Assembly: GCA_964187785.1 (NCBI GenBank)
Contig: OZ076411.1
Coordinates: 71,300,001-71,364,000 of the forward strand
Reading direction: 5' to 3'
DNA from: Amphiscolops sp. MND2022
Lineage: Eukaryota
Length of the DNA: 64,000 nucleotides
Position numbers and translations under genes: made by a program. Positions 1 to 13,562 of the stretch are shown piece by piece. Numbering within the stretch: position 1 is the first letter of the stretch; every line of letters starts with the position of its first letter. The notes beneath the pieces are model-generated. The model did not search any database and was not told where the DNA came from. It worked only from the letters and a program-made list of their open reading frames with translations.

Positions 1-1070
1 GTAAGCTGATAAATTTTCCAATTAGAGTCAAGAATTACTTCCTGGGAGGGTAAAAATTTGTTAGGAACTTGGCTTCAGATTTCCTCGCTCTACCCCTAAA
101 AGTGCCTGAAATTACAAAAATTGAACCGCACTATATTCAAACCTTTATTTCAGGCGAGACTTCGCTTGATTGCATTGAGAAATTAAAGTTACAAGGAAAT
201 TGAAACTAGGACAATCACATTATTTTCATTAAATTGAGTGGTTTTCCTTCATTCTCAGAGCATGAATGAATCATTTTGCTGTTGAAACAGACATTCAATT
301 TTGAATCACAAAAGCTATCTGCTCTTATTTGATGGTATTTTTGAAGGATGTGTTATTGAAGAGTTGAAGGCCTGTATATACTGGTTTGAAGTGTTGAATA
401 ACGGGACTGAAGAAAATATTCACCATTTTAAATTTCTGAAACCGGGGATTTTAATATTCTGAACAACCTACTTCGTCGATGTTTAGCTGATTGCAACTAC
501 AGTTCTCTTTTTTTTTGTAATTGCCTTTTCCTCTCTGCTTTTTCTCAATAGCTTGGACTTTTTCCGAAAGATGGAGGAAAACGCTTTTAAGCTACTTACT
601 CAAAGCAGTAATCAATAGAATCAATTAGGTTGCTTTTCAAACAAACCAAAGTGCCCAATATGTAGCATAGAAACAAATCCGATGGATGTTCAGATTTTGG
701 ACGGTTAGTGGCAAAGCTGATTGAATCACTGCATGCTTGTATGCGCAGAAACCATTTAGTAAAATAACTGTTTACTCCAAGCCTGCCGGCTTTGCGAGTG
801 AGAAACGATGTTTTTAAAGTAACAATTAATTTCGAAGTAACTTGGTCGGTATGAGATTCAGTCACAAACAAAAACGAATAGGCGTTTGAGCCTGCAACGG
901 TTTAGTGAACACAAAAATGAAGTAGCTTGCCAAGCAGACCCTCTAATAAGCTGACTACTTGGAAAGCCGAAAATTTAACTACAACGTTAATTGTTTGACC
1001 AATCAGAATTTAGAATCACACATCAAGGAAATCAGTGCTGTTACAGCCGGATTATGTATGGAACTTGATT

Positions 1071-1230
1071 TATTTGAAGAGGTTAGTAATTGTTGTATGG
1101 CTCGGTCGCCTGGCTACCTTCGCCAAGTAGCAACATTAAGGCATGGCCATAAGGCACGTCACTCCACTTCGCTTCGCTCCTGCATTTAGGACACTAGGAG
1201 TATCTGAACATAGCTGACTACGTTATAACA
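1071..1230. repeat. Interspersed repeat family B (CTTCGC-rich), copy 1
   Basis: TTATTTGAAGAGGTTAGT..CTTCGCCAAGTAGCAACATT..GGCATGGCCAT..CTTCGCTTCGCTCC recurs at 16729-16892 and partly at ~42860-42930. Confidence 0.7.
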
Positions 1231-1699
1231 ATTATTATATGGACTGCTAATCGGACGAAATTGTTTAATTTTAATCAAAAAGTTCAACCAAACGGAATCG
1301 AGTCTGCTCATTAGCACGAATAATACTTCTAGGCTATTTGACTGGTCCGCTTGTTAGACGCACTTCCACAAAATGGCAGCTAAAAAAATGAGTACGTGAA
1401 CTTTAGCGTCGATTATGCAATGTTTATCAATAATGCGTACAATTGAATGTCAATGAAGTTAATTATTGTAGAACTAAAGTCAGCTGTCAACCAAAACTGA
1501 CATGTCAGTCATTTCAACATGCCAAATTAATTCAGAGGACAAATGTTTCGTGTTAATTCAAAAAAAGGAATCGGTTCGTCCGAACAGTCCTTTGGCGGTT
1601 TCGAAAACCCATCAGTAGTGTGAAGGTCAACGTTCGTACCGTAAAACATTGGTATTTTATTTGAATGACATACGATTTTCATTTTGTTAATCACGTTTT

Positions 1700-4225
1700 A
1701 TCAGGGATCTCGTATAGGTTCGGGATTTCGAATCAAATTTGCGGATCGCGCAATACGGTCTGAACCACAATTTAGCGGGACAATTCTCGCACTGGGGTAA
1801 TGGTCACTGGCATTAGACGCTTCAACAATCCAGAAAAGGTCGCTTTGGTTCATGGCTCTGCTGCTATCCGTGACCCACTTTTTTGGAGCTTTTATAGGGT
1901 CGTTACCTTTTACTGGGGTTAGCAGTCGCGCGTCCAAGGTTGGGTTTCATCAGTGAGACGACGGTCGCCAGAGATGGAGTACAAGACCCGTTTACAACTG
2001 GGGACTAAACGCTCCCAAGACCCACCTTGGTGATGTGTACCGGGGGTTAAATTTCCAATTTTCTGGTGGACTAGTAAATCGAGTGCTTGTTCATTCAATT
2101 TTCTTTTGTTTTGGACTCGTTCAGTCTCGCTCCCGACAAAAATCGTACTGTTGTCTGACCTCGGGTACCTCGGGCAATTTATCGACGGCGTTCCGTGGCG
2201 TGCCGCAAATCTGAGTTTTCCTATGACACATGGACTGGTATCTAGAGAAGATCCGACTTCTAGATGTACCGCTCGGGTTGTCAAGCACGTGAATAAGAAT
2301 AAGAAACCCCATCGCTTCTCGCTCGATCGGCGTACTGTCACGAAACGCTGGTCAAAACTCTCGACACCTGTCATGTTGATGGGTAGTTTTGGCACGAACA
2401 TCGCTCATTTGGAAGATCTGCCATCATAAGCGGTAACGTCTCAGCCTCTCCAAGACGACACACCAGATAGGAACTTTCAATTTTACGCAGGGTGTTCCTC
2501 AATTCAAGAACAACATAGTGTTGTTGGACTTGAGCCCGCATGAAGTCCACGTCTGGGTGGTAATGCAATTCATGCATGTTTGGAGTAGCAATTGGCAAAA
2601 CCTGTGTCGACCGTCCTGAATGATTGCATGCTTGACATCGCAAGTGGTTTCGCTCAGACGTTTGACACGACCGGTGGATCGCATTAGGCCGCTGGTACGG
2701 ATGAAAGGTGAATAGGCACGTATACAGCACTTGGTGTGGAGTTGTTTTCCTTCAGGAAGATGTTTCCTTTCGAGGTATAACGATTAACGTTCAACTTTCT
2801 CTCGCTGAATCAAAGGTAGTATTCATGGCACAACTTGTACTGTAGACACTAACTTTGATTCAGCGAGAGAAAGTTCGGAATAGTCAACAATCCTTTTGTT
2901 AGGAGTTCGGAAGTGACTATGTATCAGCTTGTTGAGCAGAACGTAAACCATATTTCGCTGTAGTTTTTTGAGGGTGCTGAAAATCTCCTATTTGATCACT
3001 TTGGTTGGACTTCCTGCTATCTCGAGAAAAAAAATCACTCTCCTCGACGCTGCCTGTTTTCAAATTGTAGACAAAAGCTTTGTCGTGTTTGAAGGGCAAA
3101 GCACCTGACGGCAACAATTCAGAACCCAAACACCAACTGCTAGGCGTTTCTGTGGAGAGACGTTTAGTTCTGGCGTCGGCAGAGTTGTTCGGTAGAGCTA
3201 ACATAAAGCCATTGGTCTATGTTTGTCAGGTCTAAGATTCCGCAAACTCTGTTCGCAATGAAGAAGGGTTGGTTTGCAGCAGCTTGTAACCAATACAAAA
3301 TCGTGGAACTATCAGACAAAAAAAGTGTTATCAATTAGACGAGTGAAAGCTAGTGAACTTCGGCAACAACCTAGCGGCTAGGAGGATAGTTTGTAGTTCC
3401 AATTCAGGAACTGTCGACGACTCATTCGAGCTACAAGGCTTTCCCGATGACAAACCACAAAAACGTGTTTCTTTGGTAGCTAGCTATTCACGGCCTTCCT
3501 CGTAAAACCGCGACAGCTCTGGAGACCTCCTGTGGACTGTCCCCAAACAAGTGTAGTTCAATTTGATTAACATCAACAGGGTAATAGCTGCGAGGGATTG
3601 TCATTTCGCTTAGTTGGGGTAACTCGCATATCCTTTCAGAGAGCTTTTGGGCTATGTCAACTGGAAGTTGGTCATCCCAATGTTGACCAAAAAAGCGCTG
3701 AATACCTTTCAATAGGCGCCTCGCTCTGGCCGTGAACGATTCGGTAAGCCCAATGGGGTCAAAGACAGCAGCAACGAGACCGAGCACAGCTCGTTGTGTC
3801 AGCGCGGGGGCGACGACTTTATTTCTTCCGGGTAACAGCGGGGCTGTCACTTGAATGATCCCACTTCAGTCCAATCATGAGGGAAGAATTCCCCAGACTG
3901 TCTGAAGTTGCTTTGGTTTTTTCGTGTCGAAAGGTAACTTGCTCGCGTTAGCTTCAGCAGTAAGTGCTGCAAATTTACTTGCAAACTTGGTGAGTTTTAA
4001 GCCTCTTTTGGCTAGCAACTTGTCCCGATCTTTTGATCGCCGTAGAGCCAATTCAGGAGCGGGCATTGAATCCAAGTAGTCGTCCACGTAGAAATTGAGT
4101 GACACGGCACAAGCTGCGGACTCGAAAGAAACTGCAATTTTGGCGGCGGTTCTCTGCAGCACAAATTTGGCGCAGAAAGGGGAGTTTTTTACAACGAATA
4201 CGTGTCGCACACATTGGTGAACCAC
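1700..4225 (-). mobile_element. Degenerate BEL/Pao LTR retrotransposon pol remnant (RT, RNase H, integrase)
   Basis: Frameshifted ORFs: FYVDDYLDS (RT, 3875-4225), VFDPIG..ELHLFGD (RNase H, 3488-3850), CR..MADLP.ER (integrase Zn region), FTCLTTRAVHLE and SDN..FVG / GGSWERLV (integrase core). Boundaries are approximate. Confidence 0.85.
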
Positions 4226-4259
4226 AATCCCGTCGTTAGGAAGAACCTGCCATAGATCT

Positions 4260-5430
4260 TGTTACACGATTTTTATGAGCCATCGGATGAAGATACTTGG
4301 TTGATGTTGCCGTTGACTAGATCAAAAGAAAGTATCCCAAGGTATTTATTGTCCAAAGCGGGGCCTTTCTCATGTCTCGTTTCAAATGACTTTAGTTGGA
4401 CAAGAGCGGCATAAAGGTTGTCCGGTAGGGAAACATCGTTATGCCAAAGCATTCCTACTTGGTAGCGAGTTCCATCGTGGTAAGTTATGTCCTTCAGGAG
4501 TTTTTATTCGGATTAGAATTATTCGATCAGTCGGATGTCCAGAAAGGCATCTTTTCCCAAAATTTCTTCCACAAGAAAGTTTTCAATCGTTTTCCTTAGA
4601 CGGAAGAGACTTTTTGTATATTTTTTGTATATGGACAATTGCCTTGTTATTCCACAAGCCATGCGGGTGACGATTATGCGTTCATTACACTATGGTTATC
4701 CAGGACTAGGCATGGGATGTGACATTAGGTCCCGAAGACAACCCAAGAACGGTATTTGTGAGCAATGCATTCTGCACTTCTGTAAACATTTCGGAATAAA
4801 ACATATATCTTGTCCAGTGCGAGATCATAGGGGAAATGGTAAAAAGAGAGATGTCGCAAAACCCTCCAACGAGCAAAACAGAGCCTTCAGCAAAATCGAA
4901 TAGAAGAAAAAGAAACGAGGGATTGAGGAGCCATCAAGCTCGGAAGAGAGGGAAGAGATGACAAGGAAGCAAACAAAGAAGATGACAACAAAACAATGGC
5001 ACGAAATGGCAAGGGAATTTGAGGAAAAAGATGCCCCCCACATCTTCGATATACAATCGACCAACGCAAATAGTGAGACGCAAGCAGCACCCCAGAAAGT
5101 ACTGAAAGACGAAGATGCGCAAAAGTGTGGGAAAGTGCAAAACCCTGCTACTCGACCAACCGGAGGAACTAGCGCAACAAGTGAGAAGGTGCCAACGCGA
5201 ACGATGGACATGAAGCGAGTGGCAACACAGAGTTGAGTGTTTAAACAACTACAGCTTTAGTCTCAGCTAGCAACACTTTCAGTTTTGTTACATTTACATT
5301 TATACATTTAAACAGTTAGAGTTACAAGTTGCATTGATTGATAAGATTGACGTATTATTTTTGTTGATTGACCCTTTCTTCAAAAGGGGGGTGTAGTGAA
5401 TATTACCACTTTGTTTGTAAATAGGTATTT
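4260..5430 (+). mobile_element. Degenerate Ty3/Gypsy 3' remnant with polypurine tract and probable LTR start
   Basis: LYMDNCLVIPQAMRVTIMRSLHYGYPG resembles the Gypsy integrase H2C2 region. AAAAGGGGGG (5382-5391) is directly followed by TGTAGTG (5392), a PPT/LTR-like junction. Confidence 0.5.
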
Positions 5431-8400
5431 GAATTATTGCTAACATTAAATAAATACCCGCTCAAAGATCTCACTGAAAAGAATCAGGTAAAAAGAACTG
5501 AAATAACTCCAAAATACGTACTGCATCAATTCATCAATCAACCTTCATTGTTTTCAACTGAGAATCATATCAGTCAAGCTATAACACAAACACAATTTTT
5601 GTTTTCGTTTTTAGGGGTTCTTCTTTTCATCATCACAGTAGTGGATTTGGATTTAAAATTTTAGATGACAGATTTTAATGAAAAAACTAGTTTTGAATAT
5701 GAATGATGATATCAATTAAAACTCTTATTCAATCAATTTTGGTAATAGCCTAATTTTCGTTTCCGAAATATCAAGAGTTTTAAAGATGTAACTTCATTAT
5801 TCCGAATACAACATAACGCAGTCAATAAGTTTTATCTATATCTAACTGTCGAATTGACTGCTCTCTGAAAAAGACAGAAAAGCTCTCGGTTTTTTATCCT
5901 GAAGCCAACGCAATTGATGAGAAATCTGGTTAAGAATTAGCTAGGTAGACATAGACAGTATATCAAAAGACAGGGAAAAGTTGACTGAGTCCTATTGATG
6001 GGATGAGAACACTAACGGATTTTTCGACCCTGAAAAACGAAAAAGTTCAAGAAAACACAATCTGGAGAAGGCAACTAGAAGCAATGTGCCAAATCATCAC
6101 AGTTGAATACAAAACGAAACCGGATGCAATAGCAGAGAAAGGCTTCATAAAGTTGATCAATGAAGACAGTTTACTGAAGGGAAATCATATTTTATCAGGA
6201 CACTTTTTCTGTTCGGAACAAGGAAAAAATGAAGCTGGGGAAAAATTATGAACGCGATAATACAACTATAGCTGTTTTTATCTTTTTGCTGTGTAATGGT
6301 AAGAGTATCTTTGGTGAGCAAGGGTAAAACTGTGTGAAAATACGTTGTTATCAAATTCGGTGAATTCAAAATTGCACGAATTTCGTGATCTTTTTCTAAA
6401 AATTCTTATTATGAAATTATGAAAATTTTGTGGGCAACCGCACCTTGATTCAAAGTGAATTCTTCAAAACAAACGAAAGACAAGATTCACGACTCGTTTA
6501 AGAATGCTTGTCTTTTCAAGCTACAAGGTTGAATGAATGAAAATGAATCTCACATAAATCCACTTTTGTACCAAACAACCAAAGGCAGTTAATATCACAG
6601 GCAAAAACTTCAAAAGCACATTAGGACATGCATTTAGGACAAAAAAGTCTGAGATTGTGATCAAAATTACAACGATGTTCTTTGTTTTGAAATCGACTGA
6701 AAATTTAAGTAGTTATCCCGCATGGTGTTTTGAGGATTTTCGGAAAAATTCGAAGTTCATTACGCAATTTCTCAAAAACTACTGGTCAGAAGAAAAGCAT
6801 CCAACAATCGTTTTTGTAGCCTTGACACTGTTTTTTAATTTTTATTTTCAACACTTTTTGAGGAAATGTTTTCTTTAAAATGAACAACCTGAGATATAAT
6901 TCCGCCGAAATATTACTTTCACGTTTCGTGATTTTTCAGCATTTCGTGATCATTTTGAGTTGTAAATTTTCAATTAGAGCGTTTCTAAGAAAAGTGTTGT
7001 TTCCAGAAGTAAGGCAACGGAATAAGAAGAGATACAAAGTTTCTCTCTGGCATCTCCTTACGAACACCGCGTCTGGAGATTTTCCAAAATACTATTTGGA
7101 AAACGCCAAGTCAAAAATAAGCTAGCTGTTACACTTATTGTTACTTTGCTTGATTTTAAAAGTTGAAAAAACATGTAAGTGTAGTTGGAATGTGCAAAAG
7201 CTTTACCCCTTGGACTTTTGTGTCAATCTTTTGCTGTGAAATCGGCTGTCTTTAGCATTTTGGTACCCTGTTGTATGTATTTTCTAGTCGGTCCATTTTA
7301 GAAAAAAAAGCGCCGGAATATTACAGTGGCAAGTTTTTTTCAATTCGAGTTTTACCTGAAGGTGTTCTCGAAGATAAGCACTCTCAATTGGATAAAATAG
7401 CTGCCTGAATGGTAAAGTCTAACAGTGGTATGGAAAGAAAACTCCGAAGGAAAATTGTAGAAGTTCTTGAAAAGAAAGTATGTCTGCAAAAAACTGAATC
7501 ACTGTGCGTTAATTTACAAATTTTTTTACCACACAGTTAATTGAATTGGACTTCCAGCTGTGAAAAAGCCATTAGTACAAGAAGTTTCTTGGAATTGAAT
7601 TTAATGGAAAGTCGCTCGAATTGCATCTACACAATTGTTCAGATTGGACTTAGGTTACAGTCTTAGATACTTAGGGCTAAAATGTCTCAGAAAGGCAAGG
7701 ATAAATGCCTTTTGTGTTAACATTGAGACAGATACGTTTATGAACTATATTGTTGAACCGGCTGCCTTTTGTGAAGGCAACTTTCTGCAATTGATTTATG
7801 TTTTCTGTTACCAGTAATCTGAACAATAGTGTTAGCTGGTAGTTCAACTTAAGTTGACAAATAGTATTTCTCTTCTCACTCAACCGAGTTCAACTACAAT
7901 GACTATTGCGATATTTTGTTTGAAACAAGCCGGCAACGGCTCAAGTCGGCGCTCCGCTCAGGGTTCAAACGGAGTAAAGTGTTATGACTATGCAGAAGAA
8001 CACTATATTGCAAACTTTTAGCAAATATACACTTTTATAACGTTTCCAAAGGGATACCCATAAATAGGACTCGGAAACCGATTTTTTCCCTAACTCGAAC
8101 AGTCAAAAAACCGAAAATTTGCCTTTCAAAAAATTCTCGTAGTCCCGAAAACCCAAATTGAGACCATTCAATTTCGCCAAAAACTTTTTCAAGACGAACT
8201 CTTTCTAAATAAAATACTCGTCTCAAAATGCCCAGTGCCGGAAAGGTTTTTGCAGAAACATTGAGAAAGCTTTCATCAGTGCCACAAGACCAAAAATAAA
8301 CTGCAATCATTGAGGTCATTTTGCACTTCGAGAATTTTTTTTAACAGGAAACCTCGAAAATGCAAACTATGTGTGAGATAAACTCAATTTTTTTGCAGCA

Positions 8401-9235
8401 TACTTTTCTAAAACTTTTCTCAAAAAAATCTGTAAGGCGCATAGTGCCGAAAACTAAACAAAACGAGAGGTTTCGGGCATACCGCAGCCTTTGCGAGCAT
8501 AAAACATTTATATTAGCGCGGGACTCGAACCCATGTACTCTGCTTCTCAGGCCCTGCCACAAGGCTTGAAAACCGCGTTAACAGATATGCCAAAAAGCGG
8601 GAGCCAATTAGCAAGTTGTTTACAACTTACAGAACTTGTAGAAATGTATCCGCAAGGTTGGTCTTGAAAAAAAACCATCACAATTGTCGGCCTTCTCTAA
8701 CGAAAGCGCCGTTTAAATGAACAAGTTACGAAAAAACGAAAAGTTTCATTTTGGTATTAATTAATTCGGTTCACGATCCATTTATGACCATATGGTTGGA
8801 CAAGCCGGGAATGGCATGAAACGTCTCATTGATTCAGGCTCAACGAATGCGAGTCACTTCAAATCATTTTGAGGACTTGTTCCCCAGAAAAATTTCAAGA
8901 CCAATTTGATTGGCCAGTGTGCTTGAACATTATGAGGGCTGATCATTCCGGAACAAAAAGGTTTTGAAAAAACTGCCAAAAAATCCAAAAGAGGGGCCTT
9001 TAGTTTCTTCTGATTTGTTTAAAAGTGAAAAATTCATGCACTCATACTATAAGTATTAGTTAGAGCGAAGCTGTTGAGTTCCCGAGTTTGTTATATCCAG
9101 CTGCGAACTTACTAAGAGCGCCCACATAGTCTCCATTTGTTTATCACGTGTCAATCACGTTTATTCAATTGTTTATCACGTTTCCAACCCAAACATTTTT
9201 TTGAGTATTTCAGATACTTTGAGAGTTCCAACCCA

Positions 9236-9764
9236 AACTTTGAGAACGGCCAAAGTCGGCGCTATATCTAAGCCTCAAAATTGTAAAAAGGGGGACCCTT
9301 TGGACTTTGTGAAATTCGCGTTGATTGCAAAATATGGAAAAAATTGAAGGAGACCCTTGGGAGATTTTTAAAAATTTCCCAAAAAAAATGAGATTTTTGA
9401 ACATTGTCACAGTGCCGAAAAATGTAAAGGGGGACCCTTTGGGATTTTTTGACATTGTGTTGCAAAATATCGAATCAAACGAAGGAGAGACCCTATTGTG
9501 CAATCCAAAAAGTTTAAAAAATAGCCGCATAGTGCCGAAAAAAATCCGAGTGAAAAACACCAAAGGGGGATCCTTAGTATGTTTTCGAGGTTCTGGACGT
9601 CGATGTTTTTGTTTTGGACGAGGTTCTGGCGTTTCGAGTAAGTTTTGCACGTCCGTAGCTTAAGTTGATGTTGTTGAACAAATGAACAAAAAAGTGGACC
9701 TTACGCGTCTAAGAAAAACTGTAATAGTCGGGCTCATTTTCTACTGAAATGTGCCGACTAAAAA
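9236..9764 (+). mobile_element. Interspersed repeat family A (non-autonomous Helentron/DINE-like)
   Basis: 5' GAACGGCCAAAGTCGGCGCTATATCTAAG, internal GTGCCGAAAAA/GGGGGACCCTT units, 3' GTAATAGTCGGGC..GTGCCGACTAAAAA hairpin. Confidence 0.7.
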
Positions 9765-9870
9765 CACAGATTATGAGAATGAATCAAGTCAGCAATCTAA
9801 AAGCTATTCTTCGTTGTTGGTTTTTGGTCGTAATTTGGCACATAATTTTGGCACATCACGTGTAATGTAT

Positions 9871-10355
9871 AACAAAACGAGAACGCCTCAAGTCGGCGCT
9901 ATATCTAAGGCTCAAAAAGCGCAAAACATTTTTTTTGGAAAAAAACTTGAAATTTTCGAAAAAAAAATTCTTCCGGAAAATGTCGCACAGTGCCGAAAAA
10001 TGTAAAAGGGGGACCCTTTTTGATTTATAAACACGCATTCTGTAGCAAAATAACAAAAAACTCAAAGGGGGGACCCTTTGGGGACATTAAAAAAATTCGA
10101 AAAAAAATCTCACAGCGCCGAAAAAAATCGAAAGGGGGGGGGGGGTACGAAACTTTAGTCCCGTCCGGGCTTGTATGTAACGTTGAAAAAGTAAATGAAT
10201 GCCCTCCCCGTTTGCCTTTAGCGGTCCAGTAGTTTAGTACTTATTTAGTAGTTGAACGTTAATTTTAACGTTCGTCGCTTGGAGTCTGTCTTAAATAAAA
10301 AAAAACGAGTGACTGTAATAGTCGGGCTCTTTTCTGTAAAAGCGCCGACTAAAAA
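9871..10355 (+). mobile_element. Interspersed repeat family A
   Basis: Same ends: AACAAAACGAGAACG..AAGTCGGCGC and TAGTCGGGC..GCGCCGACTAAAAA. Confidence 0.75.
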
Positions 10356-10430
10356 GACTTCGGATGGAAATACCGTAGTTTCTCTTTTGATGACGTAACC
10401 TAACTGTATCAAAAGTTTAGTTGAATTTTT

Positions 10431-11271
10431 GGTGTGCGTTCGTTTCACCCCAAAATCATTTCACCCCATATCATTTCACCCCATATCAATTCACCCCACA
10501 TTCATTTCACCCCACGTTCATTTCACCCCACATTCATTTCACCCCACATTCATTTCACACCACATTCATTTCACCCCATAATCATTTCACCCCACATTCA
10601 TTTCACCCCATTTTCATTTCACACCATATTGTAATTATACAAAGGCGTCTTACGTTAATTAGCCAATCAACAATTAAACTTTGATGCCTACTGTTTTTGA
10701 GTTAGCTTTGAGGTTTCTAACGGAATAAGAAATTTTTTGCTGAAGATTCGCAGCATCCATAATTGTAGATTTTGATTGACAGAAAAAATGATTTTTCTGA
10801 GCTCTTTGTTTAGAAGTATTACAATTCCGATAAGTGAAACATTGAAACATTGAATTTCATTGGATTAATATGCATGACATGCATTAAAGTATTCATAAAT
10901 GTATAGAAAATACAATGTGGACACAAAATGAGCATCAGTGCTCTTCAAGTTTGTGCCCATTTTTCGGTTCCGATTTTATGGTTCACATAGCAAGCATCGT
11001 TTGCTTATCTTATTGGTAATTAGAACCAAGACGTTTTTCTATTAGCGCTAAGATTGAAATTGGGTGGCTTTAGTAATTAATCTGAGACGCATTTGATAAT
11101 TTAAATGTGGGGTGCAGTGAACGTGGGGTGAAATGAATTTGGGGTGAAATGAACTTGGGGTGAAATGAACCTGGGGTGAAATGAATGTGGGGTGAAATGA
11201 ATGTGGGGTGAAATGACATAGGGTGAAATGATATGGGGTGAAATGAACGTGGGGTGAAATGATACTAAACC
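10431..11271. mobile_element. Foldback-type MITE with TIRs built of 15-bp (TCATTTCACCCCACA) repeats
   Basis: The array at 10443-10625 is inverted relative to the array at 11107-11262. Ends are GGT..ACC, with an 8-bp TSD GAATTTTT at 10423-10430 and 11272-11279. Confidence 0.85.
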
Positions 11272-11913
11272 GAATTTTTCAGACATTTTTGCACTATAGT
11301 TTACAAAATACCAGTTAGAGCTTGTGGATACATCAATTATTGGCTAAATTAAAAAAACTACGAGAGATTTTTTCATTAGATTTTCATTTCAATTTTTAAA
11401 TATATTGATAGCCATTAAAAGTTATGAAGAAGTTCTACTAACTGTTTTGAATCAATGAATTGAAGAAAATGGTTATTTTGTGAAAATCTAGGCTAATAAT
11501 ATCTTACGAATGTTAATTGCTTCAGGATAATTGATGAATTATTTATTGAGTGAAAATTTGAAACGTATAAGTGTGTTCGCGAGAGGAAACAAAAAAGATA
11601 TTTTCAAACTTTTGAACTAGTTCACGGGAAGAATTTCGAGATTAATTGACTCATAACAGTCTCAACAAAAGGTCAACAACTGAACATGGTAACATTTGAC
11701 CTTCTTTCAGCGATTGTGCAATGAAGCTACTAAGAGCAAACAATGGTATATCATTGAAGAAGTATTTTCATATTCGTAATAAAAGAAACGCGAGTCTTTA
11801 TACTTTTTTTCACAATTATTAGCGGATTGTTTCTTTGCTAACGTGAATAATTTATAAAAAAGGAAATGAAAAACAGATTAGATAATGATGATGATCCATC
11901 ACTTCCTTGTTTG

Positions 11914-12261
11914 GGACCATGTTTCTCACCACCCCCCCTTAACACGAAGGCGCATTTTATTCTTGAAGAAAAATATTTCACTAAAAAAGAATATCATATG
12001 AATGTAAATGCTTATGGCATTGTCTATACAGCTGTTTTGACACTTCAAGCAAAAAATGACCCTGATTTTTCGATATTATTGTCCAAAATTCACGCTTGGA
12101 ACAAGCTGAAATTGTATAAAATGTGTGAATTAATGTAGAAGATATCATTATGTCGACATCGATTATTTTATTGGAACAAAATTTCAGCGCAAGCGATGTC
12201 AGCATTATGGTATTTGAATTTTTATCGAACAAAGCATAGCGGGGGAGAAGAAACATGGTCT
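11914..12261. mobile_element. MITE, TIR GGACCATGTTTCT (same family as 45910-46713)
   Basis: Inverted ends, degenerate TSD CTTGTTTG/AATGTTTG, and a shared internal ATTATGTCGACATC..AAATTTCAGCGCAA segment. Confidence 0.7.
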
Positions 12262-12549
12262 AATGTTTGTTATTGATCACCAAAAGGATAATAATCTGGA
12301 AAACAGAACAATATTAAGGTCACTGATTATTGCATCCTCCGCTTGTCAACGACGATAAACGCTGAATTAACTTATCATCAAGAAAACACTTCACTTTTTG
12401 GACACAGTAAACATTACTATCGAAAGTCATCAATTACAAAATCGCGGAAAAAATATGAAAATCCCAAGGACTTGAAATTCTTCCTAAATAGAGAGGGGAA
12501 ATTCGAACAACTAAAATCGAAGTCAAACGTTTAAAAACTTTTTATAATA

Positions 12550-12729
12550 CAGTCGAACTTCTATATCATACGGGAAGAATGATTAAAAAACGTTAATTCG
12601 AAGTTTACGTTATATAGGAGGACGGTTATATATAAAACTTGGGAAGACGGAGCTTCAAATTGATTTAAATTGATTAACAATAACGAGTTTTACCTTATAA
12701 TGAGGGTACATGAAAGTGAAGTTCGACTG
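12550..12729. mobile_element. Tc1/mariner-pogo type MITE
   Basis: TIR CAGTCGAACTT..AAGTTCGACTG flanked by TA on both sides. Confidence 0.8.
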
Positions 12730-12735
12730 TAGTCG

Positions 12736-13274
12736 TTTTTAGTCGGCACTTCATGAAGTGAAACGCGACTATTATAGTGACTCTTTTTTTTCTATCCACA
12801 CGAACTGACCAAAATAGTTCTTAAAAGTTCTACAAAATATTATTGCACCAAATTGCACTATTTGGCCTAGCGAACTGAACCAAAAAAGTTTTTCCTGTTT
12901 TTCCGCGCAATATACCATACCGGGCGAGACCAAAGGGTCCCCCCTTTCATTTTTTTTGGCACTGCGAGATTTTTTTTCAAAAAAAATTTTTTCCCCAAAG
13001 GGCCCCCTGCAATTTTTTGATGTTTTGCGACAGAATGGATGTTGAAAAACCTCAAAGGGTCCCCCCTTTCAGTTTTTCGGCATTGTGAGACTTTAGCGCG
13101 CCACTCGGTCCATTTTTTTTCATTTTTTTGAGTATGTAATATTTTTCGAAAAAAAATTTTTCGAAAAATTTTCGATTTTCGAGTACTGTAATAGAGAATA
13201 CTTGACACTTGGAAGTCTTTTTGCTATTTTTGAGCCTTGGATATGGCGCCGACTTGGGCCGGTCCCGGCTTGTT
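12736..13274 (-). mobile_element. Interspersed repeat family A
   Basis: Reverse-complement ends: GGCGCCGACTTGGGCCGGTCCCGGCTTGTT on the right and TTTTTAGTCGGCAC on the left. Confidence 0.75.
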
Positions 13275-13562
13275 CATCAATTTTCCGCGTATAGCCCAAA
13301 TTTTACAGTACATTTCCTCAAAACTTGACAAGCAAATTACACTAGGATGTCAAGAAGCTGCTGAAGACACTAGGTTTCGCGGAGGAGGATAAAATCGCAA
13401 TAACGTTTTCCACAATCAATTGACACAAAAGTCTTAGAAGCGATATTTTCTCAGATTTTGATCATATTTACTAACGTATTGTTGTTTGGAAATCAAACAA
13501 AAATTGTAAAAGTTATAGCACTTGGCATACTTTTGGGTGTTTTCTGAAATGTATAATGCAAT

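Noticed and set aside
5700-7900. Coding fragments in short ORFs at 6003, 6880 and 7635
   Set aside because: No recognisable motifs or splice-supported structure.
9210-10232. Short ORFs in family A repeats (KGGPF/PKGSP-type peptides; also 12867, 15423, 35400, 50338, 54381)
   Set aside because: They are by-products of A/T-run-rich repeat sequence open in several frames, with no domain motifs.
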